DNA of 64,000 bases from positions 9,796,001-9,860,000 of the forward strand of contig OZ116698.1 of assembly GCA_964199315.1 (NCBI GenBank). Direction: 5' to 3'. Under the pieces are notes generated by a model. The model worked only from the letters and a program-made list of their open reading frames with translations. It did not search any database and was not told the origin of the DNA. Shown here piece by piece: positions 11,801 through 23,400 of the stretch. Numbering within the stretch: the first letter of the stretch is position 1; each line of letters starts with the position of its first letter. The stretch comes from Orbicella franksi (taxonomy: Eukaryota). The position numbers and the translations under genes are program-made.

Positions 11801-14054
11801 GGCTCGACAAACCGGTATGGGCGCCTTTAATCAAGTCAGACAACAAGGAATGGGAGCTTTAGGACAAGTACAGAATATGGGACAGCAAGGCTTTCAACAG
11901 GTATGCCAGGGTTATATCACTTGCGTCTTAGATCGCTGAGTCCTAAATCGCAGTTATATCAGCTGTAGTTCAACGAAAATAGCTTAAACAAGACTACTTA
12001 AGACCAAGTTACGTTGTCCTTGCCACTGCCATGCAGTTTATTATGCAATTATTGACGGCTTATCAGGTAAATATTGCGTGCACATACATGTTTGATACAA
12101 ACATGGTGCAACCACACTGTTTATTTCTTAGGTTTTGGAAAATAGTGAAATTATACAAACGAAATGATCAAACCTCTTATAGCTTGCAAAAAGCCTCGAT
12201 GAAATGAAAGGAACGAAGGTGGAAGGTGTAGTTATTTCGATCATTTTAGCTTTAAGTTGTCAATTCTGAGAAGTTTACAACGGGACTCCATGTATGTTTA
12301 CACAATTTAACGCGAAATCTTTCTCAATAAGCTTCCTGTCACCGTTTTCTTTTCAACATATGGTAGGAAGGTTCTTTGAATCCCAATCCTCTTATAAAGT
12401 CTTACAAGACAGATCGTGAAAATGAATGTATTTGAACACAAACGATATTCTTTCGAGCATCTTGAAAGCTGCGAGGCACACTGTAACCTGATCGAGCGTT
12501 TGTTTTGCCCTAAGGTGCAAAATCTCCAAGGCCAGCTCAGGCAGACTGGTCAAGGATTATATGGTCAAGCACAAGGTATGGCCCAAGGGCTACAGGGTCA
12601 GCTAATGCAGCAAGGTCAGGGACTGTACGGTCAGGCTCAGAGAATGGGAGGAGGCTTACAAAGCCAGTTAATGCAGCAAGGACAGAATCTGTACGGTCAA
12701 GCGCAGAGCATGGGTCAAGGCGCCTTTCAGCAGGGGATGAACCTTGGCAGTCAACTGCAGCAGCAAGGACAAAATGCTTTCCGGCAAGGAGCTGGAATGG
12801 CACAGGGTCTCCAAGGTGCGTTTTTCAGCAAAATAAAATTAAAAAAAACTCTCTGTTAGGCTACCACCCTTGGTCCAGGAAAAAGTTGTTGCTCAAGAGA
12901 AACGGTCGTCGAAGAGAGTGGTCGTTAAGAGATCTATAAAATTGACTTTATATCAAAACCGTTTTCGCAGTTGCCTTATGTTTATTGCATCGTACTACCG
13001 ATTACTTCTGAGTTCTTGCAGTTTACACAAATATCTGTTACTAGCTCAATGGAACTGCCTTGTCACCTAATAACCCAAGTTTAATTACATTATTAAGAAA
13101 ACAGTTCACCTTTTTCCTTGACAATGAATGTTAAACTGCTGTTTAACAGAGTTCAACAGTTTCTTACCTTGGCTTGCTCCCAATGTGTTACATTTACAGG
13201 CATGGGATCAAATTATTACGGGCAGGCTATGAATATGGGTCAACAATTTCAACAACAAGGCCAGCAACTCATGAACCAGGGACAACAGCTGTCACAGCAG
13301 TTGGCAGGCAAGTGTATATGACTTTCAAACCCACCAAAGGAATGTTTTGATCTTACCCTTTTTCCGAGAGGAAGGAATTTAATCATCATTCAGAAGTTGA
13401 TGATCTGTTCCACGTTCGAAATTTTCTTTGCAATTTACGTTAGGAGTATCAGTGAGAAAAAGGTGGCGTTACAGTGGTCTGGTCTCGACAACCTAATCGG
13501 AAGTCGTCTTCTGAAGAGTAATGTAGAAAACCGTGTCTGAGGTGAGGTCAACAATCTCCGACTGTTGACCTAATTGATAATTTTATCATGTTTGATCGGT
13601 ATTTACATTTCATTCATTGGTACTTTTCCCGGTCCTGCATTCATTTTCTTTTCCTAGCCAATGCTGAGTGGGTGCTGTGTCTGAAAAGCTAAAAATGTGA
13701 AGGACCTGGTTTTCCACCCGTATATTTCACGTTTTTGCTTTTGATTTTCGAACAGTATAGTGCAACTCAAAACGTTAGTCCAAGCTAATTTGTTATCAAT
13801 CAACTTTTATAGGAATGGGATCAAATTATTATGGACAAGCTCTGAATATGGGTCAAGGATTCCAACAGCAAGGCCAACAACTCATGAACCAAGGTCGACA
13901 AATGTCAGGGCAAGTGGCAGGCCAGGTACCGAGCCCTCAACAGCAGTGGCAGCACCTGATGAATCAGGGACAGAAACTTCAGAAACAGGGCCAGAGTCAG
14001 GGAGAGGCCCTCAAGAAACAAGGCGAACAGGCGGCCGGTGGTGGCTCCAAATAG
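947..14054 (+). CDS. Gene 1 (5'-incomplete, 17 exons, ~1,100 aa): F5/8 type C domain + F-type lectin fold + Gln/Gly/Met-rich 11-mer repeat protein
   Basis: Phase-consistent exons with AG/GT borders: 947-1126, 4646-4779, 5668-5809, 6032-6121, 6564-6872, 7061-7224, 7767-7914, 7987-8691, 9291-9376, 9574-9594, 9702-9777, 10682-10986, 11271-11448, 11764-11900, 12515-12815, 13200-13307 (GC donor), 13813-14054 (TAG). They join into one open frame. The first visible exon starts at an acceptor, so the start codon lies upstream of the window. Confidence 0.85.
1247..2828. mobile_element. Non-autonomous DNA transposon, Kolobok-like (TTAA target site)
   Basis: TTAA at 1243-1246 and 2829-2832, with 10-bp terminal inverted repeats GGTATCAGTA/TACTGATACC. 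No intact ORF. GG...CC termini with a TTAA target fit Kolobok better than piggyBac (CC...GG). Confidence 0.7.
3426..4450 (+). mobile_element. 5'-truncated Penelope-like retroelement (RT C-terminus + GIY-YIG endonuclease)
   Basis: ORF 3473-4291: INFTMEVE...LPFLG...VFVKPT...LHYHSH (PLE RT thumb region) and VVYNFKCDQCDAGYVGYT...RVDGH (GIY-YIG). It sits in an intron of gene 1. Confidence 0.9.
4355..4392 (+). ncRNA. Minimal hammerhead-ribozyme-like motif at the 3' end of the Penelope-like element
   Basis: TTGACAA (4357-4363; U3/A8 variant of CUGANGA), stem II GGCG/CGCC, GAAA, palindromic ACGT stem III and a GUC site. Stem I is only 2 bp. Confidence 0.6.
4819..5114 (-). mobile_element. tRNA-derived SINE
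   Basis: Minus strand reads GGGAGCAGGGATGGCGTAGTGGTGAGAGCG (A box) ... GGTTTAATCC (B-box-like), then a body and a (TTTACA)n tail. Confidence 0.85.
6032..6872 (+). CDS. Gene 1, F-type lectin (fucolectin/FTP) fold, 2 exons
   Basis: VNLASNTTAEQSST...ASRAIDGN / SC...NPWWRVDLG...FEIRIGNS...NEKCG...IRC...GQYINIRIP...LSLCEVVPYG matches the F-type lectin consensus. Confidence 0.9.
7061..14054 (+). CDS. Gene 1, Q/G/M/N-rich 11-residue repeat region with a central charged helical segment
   Basis: Repeats such as LQGQGMGMVNQ, FQNQGAGMANQ, GMGALNQARQT and GQGLYGQAQGM (ORFs 8022-8735, 11289-11480, 12416-12859, 13815-14054). The charged segment is in exons 9574-10986. Confidence 0.85.
10267..10540. repeat. 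Interspersed repeat, unclassified
   Basis: Imperfect internal inverted structure (ATATCCAAACAC / GTGTTTGGATAG) and no coding signal. Family assignment is from recollection only. Confidence 0.4.
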
Positions 14055-15721
14055 AAATTATATGGCAACCAAACTGCTTTTAATTCTCAAGTGGGCAGTC
14101 AAGATAAACCAAAGTGAATTGAATGTGCTACAAATGGTCTATTACGTTTACTATTAAGTTCTATAATTGCGGCTCTTGAGACATTTTGGAATGTTTCGCG
14201 GTTAAAGTAAAAAACGTGCTAGTGAAGCTGCTGTTGCCATGCTTACGTACCCTACCAATCAAAGGCGCCTCTAATAATTCTGCTAAGTTTGCAAAATTGC
14301 TTTTTCTTCCTCCATGCAGTAAGAATCGAGGAGAGTTTGACTTCAAAATTTTAAATTCCCTAGCGAGAGAGGTAGTAGTTTTAAACGAGTGTATTATTTC
14401 CAGTGTCCTTTCCTGACCACAATCTTCAAGTTTTCGCTTCATGAGAGCAAACGCTAACCGACAACAGCTAAAGATAGCTAGGAATTTTTCAAGTTGTTAC
14501 ATTACTTACTATTTTTAGGGCCAAGTCCCATCAATAATAGCTTGCTTTAGCAAAAACAAGGCTGCGTATGGGTTGAGAAGCAACAATTTGTAGTTGAAGT
14601 TACACGTAAGCGTTTGCTTCGATAAGCTATATATCGAAACATATATTTAAATTGATGTGCGACTTTTATCGTTTCTTGTAAGGTGAACTAAGCCTCTCAT
14701 TTGATGCCGGAATTATACTCACATACTACTGTCGGTACTCCCTGGGATAGTGCTTCGGCATATTCTTTACTGGTTCTCAGAAACACAAATGATATAGGAC
14801 GAGAGTACATTAAAGCGGGTTGAAATCGACAATCACAGGTCAGGACCAAAGCTAATACACCAAAAAAAAAAAAACAAAAAAAAAACAAAAAAAAAACACT
14901 TTGTATTAACGTGGCCACACCCTGATATTATCGTTTCCTTTTGTCCTTCTTTACCCCTTTTCCTTTCCCGCTCAGGTCAGTTCCCTAGCAGCATCTCTTC
15001 GTCAGTCAGGTTCACAGGCTGTCTATATTGAATTGGAACAGTGGTGGTGTTCCCAATGCTTTCCCACGATAAATCAGCGGCATAAGGGGCGATTACTTTT
15101 AAAACGCGGAATGTGAGAATTACGTTTTACTCCAACATGGAAATCGCATTTCAACTTTAATTTCGTGGTTACATGATGTTTTTCGATCCAGACGAACGAA
15201 AAAGAAAGCATCGATACTTAACGTCAAGTCTGGTCAGTACGCGATTTACATTCATGCTCTCCTAGCAATGAAAACACTACACTTCACTTTTGTTTAAAAA
15301 AAAATCCCTTTTATTCCTTTCACATCATATTGCAAGTGTTTTACCTGGGGTTATTGAAAGTCATTAAACACATTGCAGAAAATAAACAATAATATCACTA
15401 TGATTGGATTTTCTCGTTGCTATATTTTTCTTGAGAAACATTCACTTTTCATTCTGAAAGAGCTCTCTACCTCACCGTCTCACAATGTACGAGTACAAAT
15501 ACAACATAATACAAATATATATAGCTTGTAAAACTCAAACTGCAATGTTGTTGAATCCGGTAATCCACCTGTCACTCGCTAATTATCTGTAAAAAAAAAA
15601 AAGAGATAAAATGAGAATTGAGAAATCCATCAGTGCAATATGTACGAAATGGTAAGATGAAACAAGGAGAGCAGAGTAAAGATCTTTTAAAGTTAAACAG
15701 TACTGAACTGGTTGTTCATCA

Positions 15722-15813
15722 GGCCCCGGTTGTTCGAAGGCTGGATAACGCTATCCACCGGATAAATCGCTATTCAGTGGATAAGAGTTAACAAAACAAA
15801 CCACGCTATCCGC

Positions 15814-15848
<35 letters not shown>

Positions 15849-15868
15849 TCTTTCAAACAACCCGGGCC
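15722..15868. mobile_element. MITE (near-perfect hairpin)
   Basis: GGCCCCGGTTGTTCGAAGGCTGGATAACGCTATCCACCGGATAAATC is mirrored by GATTTATCCGGTGGATAGCGTTATCCATCTTTCAAACAACCCGGGCC. Confidence 0.85.
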
Positions 15869-16422
15869 ATAAACGGAAGAAAATAGTACCATGTTTTAGG
15901 CGATAACTAAAATAAATTTTTATGATCAAATACATTTTAAAAACACCGACCTTCGTCTCTTTTCTTACCATTTCCCCCGACAATTCTCTTTTAGAGTAGT
16001 TTCTCGTTTTCTTGTCTACTATTGCAAACAGTCCGGCGTGTAATGATTAAAAGCATTAACATTCAAACATGGGCCGGCTTTCGAATTTCCTTACGGTCGA
16101 GGCTGGTAACGCGGTAGGAAGAGAAAGAGCCTCAAATCAATCTTTCTTTAAATTATGTATCAGGAGCTTATTGAGCTGGCTATGTGGAATCTGATTTCAT
16201 AACTCTAAACCTTATATATTCATTAGTTCACATGCTGAAGACGGGTTGTGGGCTGTCACATACTCGTATCTGTTCTACAGTCCGTCGTAATTGTGTATAA
16301 GTCATGTCATGAAACAAAAACGTAAATAAATTAACATTGTTTTTTTTCTTTAGAGTTTATTCTTTTTTGTATCACAAGAGTGTAAAAACCCTGCTGATGC
16401 CGCGAATAATTTGCAGGCGTAT

Positions 16423-17489
16423 TTATCTTCTAGGTTTTTCGGAACAACTTAAAGCTGACAACATGCCGCACAATTGTCTTCGCTTCTTTTTTAAATTACC
16501 TTTGCCAAAAAAATTACGTTTCTGGGCTACGACTCTCTTCCCTGGTTTTCTTCTGTGAAGAATTTTACTCCGTCTCGCGAGGCCTCCATTATCCAAACGC
16601 GACACACGTGCACTCTTTGGCTTTGCCACACAGCATTCACGTGAGCAAGCCTTGGTGCAATGCCGAGAACAAATGACTGGACACGGGGAGGAGGAAGCAG
16701 TTGGAGTTGATATTAGTGGGGACAGAGAGATTGGGGGAGGCTGGACAGCACTTGACGATTCTTTCTGATCATGTTGATGAAGATGAGTGTCTGGTGTTAC
16801 CGGTGTCAGCGACTTTGCAACATTTTGATGATGATCCCTTGCACTTGCTAGGCGTCTAAGATTGTCCAATACGGATCTGTCGCAGCAGTGAATTGGGCAT
16901 GTACTTGCACACCTAGATCTACATACCGCAGGGCACACTGTCGGCCAGGGTTGCTGTTGTGGCTGAAAATATGGTGGTGGTGGTGGTTGCATGTAGTACG
17001 CTGGTGGAGCTGGTGCAGGGGGTGGGACATAAAAACGTGTTGCCGGTAACGAAGCAAATTTGGTGCAGCATGCGACGGGGCAGGAGCCCATGCATACGGT
17101 GTTACAAACTGCGGGACATGTTGCAGGTGGTCCTGACGCCACTGGGTAGGTCGAGGGCGGTCCTGGAACAACATAAGGTGGAGGGGGTGGAGGGTAAGGA
17201 GCAGAAATGTATATTGGAGGAAGGGGTGGAGGAGGTGGAGGTGGAGGCGGAGGCGGAGGTGGTAGAGGGGCAGGGGCGGGAGGAGGGTTTTGAATAACTG
17301 GCAGAGGAAGGACGCAACATTCATCAGGACAGGTTGGCTTGCAAGAATGCGCACAGTACGAGGGACAGGAGCTCGTTGAGGTACAACAATGGGCTGGACA
17401 CGAGTCGTCACACTGTGATTGACAGTTGCCAGGGCAGGGTACATTGACGTGGAAATGAATGCTTTCTGTTGGCTTTGGTTCGGCCGCAA
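16423..17489 (-). CDS. Gene A terminal exon: five minicollagen-type CRDs, polyproline, basic tail
   Basis: CPGNCQSQCDDSCPAHCC, CPSYCAHSCKPTCPDECC, CPAVCNTVCMGSCPVACC, CPAVCRSRCASTCPIHCC, CPVICSRHCTKACSRECC. Confidence 0.9.
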
Positions 17490-20400
17490 CTGTAAATAGA
17501 CAGTGCGCATGGCACTTTTAGCAATCATGCAATTGAGAGACCAAGAAGTAGTACTCACCAGAATCTAAGTGTTCTCTAATAAGTCTGGAATGAAGGAGAA
17601 GTGAGCCTATACAAGACTGTGTTAACTTGCGGCCTGTCTGGCGTTTATTTTCTTGCATGAGACAATCACCATTATATGGTTGCAAAGTAACTGCTATTTT
17701 AACTCTAAAACAAGTCTGAAAACTTCACTGTGCATTTTAGTACGTCGAGCAGTCGCCGTTACGTCCTAACTAAAACCGTGGCAGTCCGTCTGTTTGAATA
17801 AAAGGGCTCACTTTGCCTTCAGTGCATTTACACTACAATTAAATTTGCTTTCTTTCATATTGCTAACGACAATAAATGGAATTGCGTGTTTTGATGTTGT
17901 TTGCTCACTTCCTTTATGAATGAGGTGCATTAAACTTGAACCCTCCAATACAGTGTAATGTTGAATTAAATGTAGCCCCATAAAAAAGATTTTCACTTTT
18001 GTGTATTTCAGTCTTGTACAGAAGTGTGCATCGTTACGTGGAACATAGTTGGCGTAGTTTAGTGTATGTTGGTTTCAAGGTCTGTCAATCTTAAAGCTAA
18101 GAAAAGCTAATACAAATCTGTAGGTTTTAGCCGCAGAATAGTGATTGATGCCTTTAATATAAGACAAGAATACCAACCTGTTCTTATGACATTGTCCCAA
18201 CCCCAATATGGCGAAAGAATATGTTTACACGTTTATTGGAAGAGAAAGGAACGCTAGCAAGTGGGCTGCTACCCTCTCTAAGCTCCCGCTTTAAATCCTA
18301 TTCTTAAATTTAAGTCCTTAGAAGATCAAAAGCGACTCTATACACTGCTAACCTTTCACTTTACAGAAGCCCCATTTGCCGTCCCGGTCATAACTGTATG
18401 TTGTACCGCACCATGGCTTGACTTGGTCTCCTCGAATGCAGTGATGATACATCATGCCGTTGTACGTGAAGGGAAACTGACAGCATGCTCCGTGAGCATT
18501 TCCACCGTACGTGTGATGGCAATCTAGACACCATGCAGACAAGTTAGCAGTTTTAGTTCAAGCATCAGAGCCAGTATCATCGGCATTTCAGTTTTAGCGT
18601 CTTTAAGAAATTGTCAATCTGTAATTTTTAATTAACAACTGGTAAATGCTTAGAGGTTATGCTTATTTAATGGGAAGAACCTAGTCCCAATCAGGAGAGA
18701 GGTCACCCCAATGTTTTTGAAAAAAAAAAGAAAATAAAACAAAAATGTTATTTCTGAAGTTCTGGTTAAACATTGATTGGAATAAAAGTTTTGCTTTCTT
18801 TCGTTTTTATAGTTTTAGCGGCCATTGGCTGGTGAAACATTTGTGTTTCTCGCTTTTTATTTTCTGGGACGTGAATTCTGGAAGGCTTTTACTTACTTCC
18901 ACAGTAACCCCATTTATTGTCCGTGTCGTAGTCTTTCGTGGTAGCGCACCACAGCCTTCTACTGTCAACGTTTGAACAGCTGTTGTAATCTTCTCCATTG
19001 TAGGTGAATGGGAACATACAGCAAGCTCCTTCTGAGTTTCCACCATGCGTCGGAGTACATCCTAGCACTGACAAAAACCAAAAGATATTCAAATGCAAAT
19101 AGAACCTGGTGACGCGCGGATTAAATAATGGCAATTTCCAGATCTGTTGGTGGCGATGAAACATGACTTGCACAGGTAGTTTCGGTGTACATGTATTGTT
19201 CCTTTTCTCCCAACATGCTACCTTTTATTCATGGTCGTTTTTAGTTTTTTTGTTTACATTTTGTCTAGATCACTAGGAACGAGATTTCCCATTTTTTAAA
19301 ACCGTCGCTGTACCTGCTACCCAATGTTGACTTTTTACTGCATAACAGTCTTCTTAACTTCTCTTCTTTAAAGCCCTTTGCTAAAATGACTTGCTTTGAC
19401 AATAAGGACTATTCAATATCCTGTCATTACAGCAATGAAATGATCTGAAAAGCTTGTTGCCCTTAATTATTGAGGAAACTATACAGAATGTTCCATTGCG
19501 CAAGTCAATCTTGATCCGCACAGTTTTTTTAATCAACTTTTCAAGTGAACGTATGGTGTATTATAAACATCAGAAACAAGTGATTTATCTGTTTATCTCA
19601 AAACTCACAATATCTTCAATGCCATTTAAATACAATAAATAACAGTTGCCACTGCGACGACCATCCTGAAAATGGATTCTTCTTATAATCGGCTTCAACA
19701 ACGGAACTTTGCTTTATTCCCTTCAAACTTCCAAACAATTCTCACTTAACTGACTTACTGATTTTGCCTGAAAAAAGTATCTATGTATAGCATTATATAC
19801 AAACCGGCAATGTTCCAAAACAACACTATAGCACACTGTTTACCCTTAAGAAAGATTACGATCAGAAAATGCTCTATCATTTTAGCTTATCTGCGATTGC
19901 CACCAACGTGGTACTTTATATGTTTTTTGGTTTGGCCTTTATGTGTGTTCCTTTTTGGAATTCCTCCCTTTCTATCCGAATTAGCTCTTGAATTAGTAGC
20001 ATGTAACGTCTTTTTCTCCATAACGGCATATTCTGGCTCAGTATCGTCATCAGAATCGTTAAAAGGTATATCATCATTGTCATCTTCACTATCGCTGTTT
20101 ACATCGTTTCTTCCAAACGGGGAATTCCTTTGGCCTAAATCATTAAGATCATTCCGATCAATTTCAACGGGGACGTTGTACATCATGTTGCCAGGCGCTT
20201 GGTTGTTAATCTCGTTTTTCTGGTAATTTTCATTTTGCATTCCGTTAGACAGCTGGTCTTCCTGGTTTCCCTGGAGGTACATCATTTGTTGGCCATCTCC
20301 AGGGCTGTCTTGTAGCGTATTTCCATCTTCGGTGAAGACTAGCTTAGAGAGCACATTCTGCAGCTGGTTAAGCAAACCAGAAGCTTGAACTGGCTCTCCG

Positions 20401-23400
20401 TTCGGGAACGCCTCTGAGTTTAATTCTCCTCCATAATCTGAAGCTGTAGGTGCTGTTGGTGCTATTAGTCCTGTTGGTGTTGGAGCTGTAGGTGAAAGAT
20501 CTTCAGCTCCTTTATTTTTCTTCAGAAGTAGCATAATAAGTTGCCGGGCTTGCTCGAACAGAGCTTGTTCTTTAGACACTTGGGCCGCCAGGTCTGTTTG
20601 CTGCTTGGCCAAGAAACTTTGTTGAGTTTGGATCTCAGCTATTTGCTTCTTAATAAGTTCGATATCGATCATAGTTTGCTGATTGACTGGTGGCTGAGAT
20701 GTCGTCGGCGGTGCTTGGGTTGCGTTGGAAGTGGTGATTGTAATATTGACATCATCGTTATGTGAATGATTCAGTCCAGCTCTAACTGGACTAGGCGTGG
20801 CAACAGCATCATGCGTAGTGCCAGTCTTCGTCATGGCTTCCTCCTCTCGTGTCAGTAAACTTTCCAAATGTTCCTGCTGATCCTTAAGTTCGTCTTGCTG
20901 TTCTTGCAAAAGCTTTAAGGCATTCTCTTTTCTCCGGAAATGCTGATAATTGTTCAGCATCTTGTCAATAAAATTGACCCGCTCGTCCTTCAACGATTGG
21001 CCTTTTTGCTTTGCCTTATGGCCATCAACACTGTATTCTTTCATCCATTTCGTAAACAAACGTTTTATTTTATTCATCTCTTTAGATCCAATATGTGGAT
21101 GCGAAAATTTCTTCTGTCCTTTTCTATCCTGCAGACGAGCAGTGATCTTTTTTGCGTCCACCTTGGCTGCGTCTCTATTGTCAGGATGACAAGTACATTT
21201 CTCGTGACACTTTCCATTGTCCCGGCCATCACATTCCATGAGGCAATTGCAGCTTTCCCGATTGACCTTTGGCCTTTCCAAGGAAGGCATTGGTATTTCT
21301 TCATGTTTTAGAGCGTTTAGGGATTGAATTTCGTCATATCTTGCGGGACTACAGCATACGATTGGACAAGTCGGATGACATGGCGAGTGCGACGTGTGAC
21401 AAATGGGGGCGCAAGGTTTTAATTTACCTGAAAAGAACGCAGCTTTTCAGACAAGTTTCATGTTCCATTGATATACAAGAAAATGCAACAATTAGGAAAA
21501 TAACACCTTACCTTTTGTGTTCTGCCTCCAAACACAGTGCTGTGAAACTGCTTGCTGCAGCCGCGAAATCCATCTCTATTATCTCAGTTTTTGGTTTCCA
21601 AACCGTCGAAAACTCGTTCGCTCTTTGCAGCAGAATATCGTACTCTTTGCAAATACTTTTGGATGCACAATTAACTACATAGATTCTCGTGCTAATCGGC
21701 ATCGTGCATTGTAAAGGAATATCATCTTCAGCGGGTCTTAGGTCCTTTTTTTAACTTTTTTCATTCCAATTTGCTTATGAACACTTTCGCGGCTGAGCGA
21801 GTCAGTTGCCCAGAGCATTGCGTTTTTGACGCAGGACATTAGGCAAAGCTACGTGCCTATAACACGAGATTCCATGTTAAGTTATGTAATTGCTATTTTG
21901 TTTTTTTGCGCACTTAGACTGCAAGGGCTAGAAATAATATAATAGAGTCCAATAGACAGAAATCAGAAGGAGAGGGACAAAGCAGTCAGTCACTAACTGG
22001 CTCCTGAGTGCACTGAAAGATCTTTATAAAATGAAATGGAAAATCTACACTAGTTGAATATAGACAGAGAATAATAGCAACCATTAACAACCTCATACTC
22101 AGGCATTCCCTGAAAATAATGACATCAGTATTTCTCGGAGCAAACCCATAAAAGCGGTTCATTGTGCTTACATTTTCGATTTAGGCTAGGTTGAATGGCA
22201 TGTCGAGAGATGACATATCAAAAGACAATCGCTCTGCACGTAACACTGAAAACACTGCATGAACGAATATTTAGTTCGGGCAGCTCCATGCAGCGTGAAG
22301 CCAGCTTATGCAAAAGATCCCACCCCACAAACCAAAATGAAAGACCAATTCAAAAATATTAAAGGCTAGAAATAATTGGTCTATTTACCATCAGGGTGGT
22401 AGTGGAAGTGATAGTGTACATCTTTTCCACCTGAAAAAGAAACAAATAAAAGAGAAACATATAAGACCTCGTGCTTTAATTTAACGCGAGAGAGCAAAAG
22501 ATCATTTGGAATATACTGACAAACTGATAAAAACGTATTTTGGTTCGTTCTGTATTACAAAATGTTTGAATATTAATTCGTCTTATGTTTTATGATATTA
22601 TCAAACACTCACCAGTCGGCGGAGTGCTTCCAGGCGGAGGGGCAGCTACAAAAAAAATGAATTAATTAAATAAATAAAAATAGAAAATTAAAATTAGGCA
22701 AGACTGAGACCACTTAGAACACGTAACGCTACAACGACATGATAGAGTCCAAAATGAAAGCCGAGATGCAGCTATGAGAAACTTTGGCTTTGGTTGGGTT
22801 TCATCAGCACAGTACAGGAGCAAAAAATAGAGCACCCAATACGAGGGCCAAATGTCCACTAAGTGCCTATGTAACGACCTCAGATGAAACTCAAATCCAA
22901 ATGTTCGGGTTTGGTCAACTTCACATGCACAGCGGGATTGTGGATATAATGTCTATGTCGCGAACAAACACTGTCTTGCAGGAAATGCATGGCCAATACA
23001 ATCATAAACATGAAAAGCATATTGGGTCGATCATCTGTTAACTTTTCTTAATTTCGCTATTTCGCGAGTACATACGTGTATATCGTTTGAAATCAGTGGG
23101 CACGAAGCCCAGAGAAAAGATCTTTGTGAAATAAGGTTTACGGTTACAATCGTTATTTTCAGGTAAATAAGCTTTGGTTATTGCTCATTATAATTTTTTG
23201 CTCTTTAAAACAAAAGTGTTCAGAAAAGAGTAATTCCATTTTAATAATAAGGTTAACTCATTTCAATTACCATTCACTGCGTATTTCACGAGTTTGCTCC
23301 ATTATTAAGTTATTTACGTTAAGCAACAACCGTTAAATAATAACAGATTAAACTTTTATGAAGCTCATTTTCCCTAAAACTACAGCGTCTACCTGTCAGT

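Noticed and set aside
14161-15100. Short minus-strand ORFs between the convergent genes
   Set aside because: No start or consistent splice chain, and no recognisable domain.
19061-19173. Apparent signal peptide (FYLHLNIFWFLSVLG) before the first FN2 of gene A
   Set aside because: Most likely the translated polypyrimidine tract of the acceptor at 19062. Paralogues B and C have an acceptor at the same position and phase.
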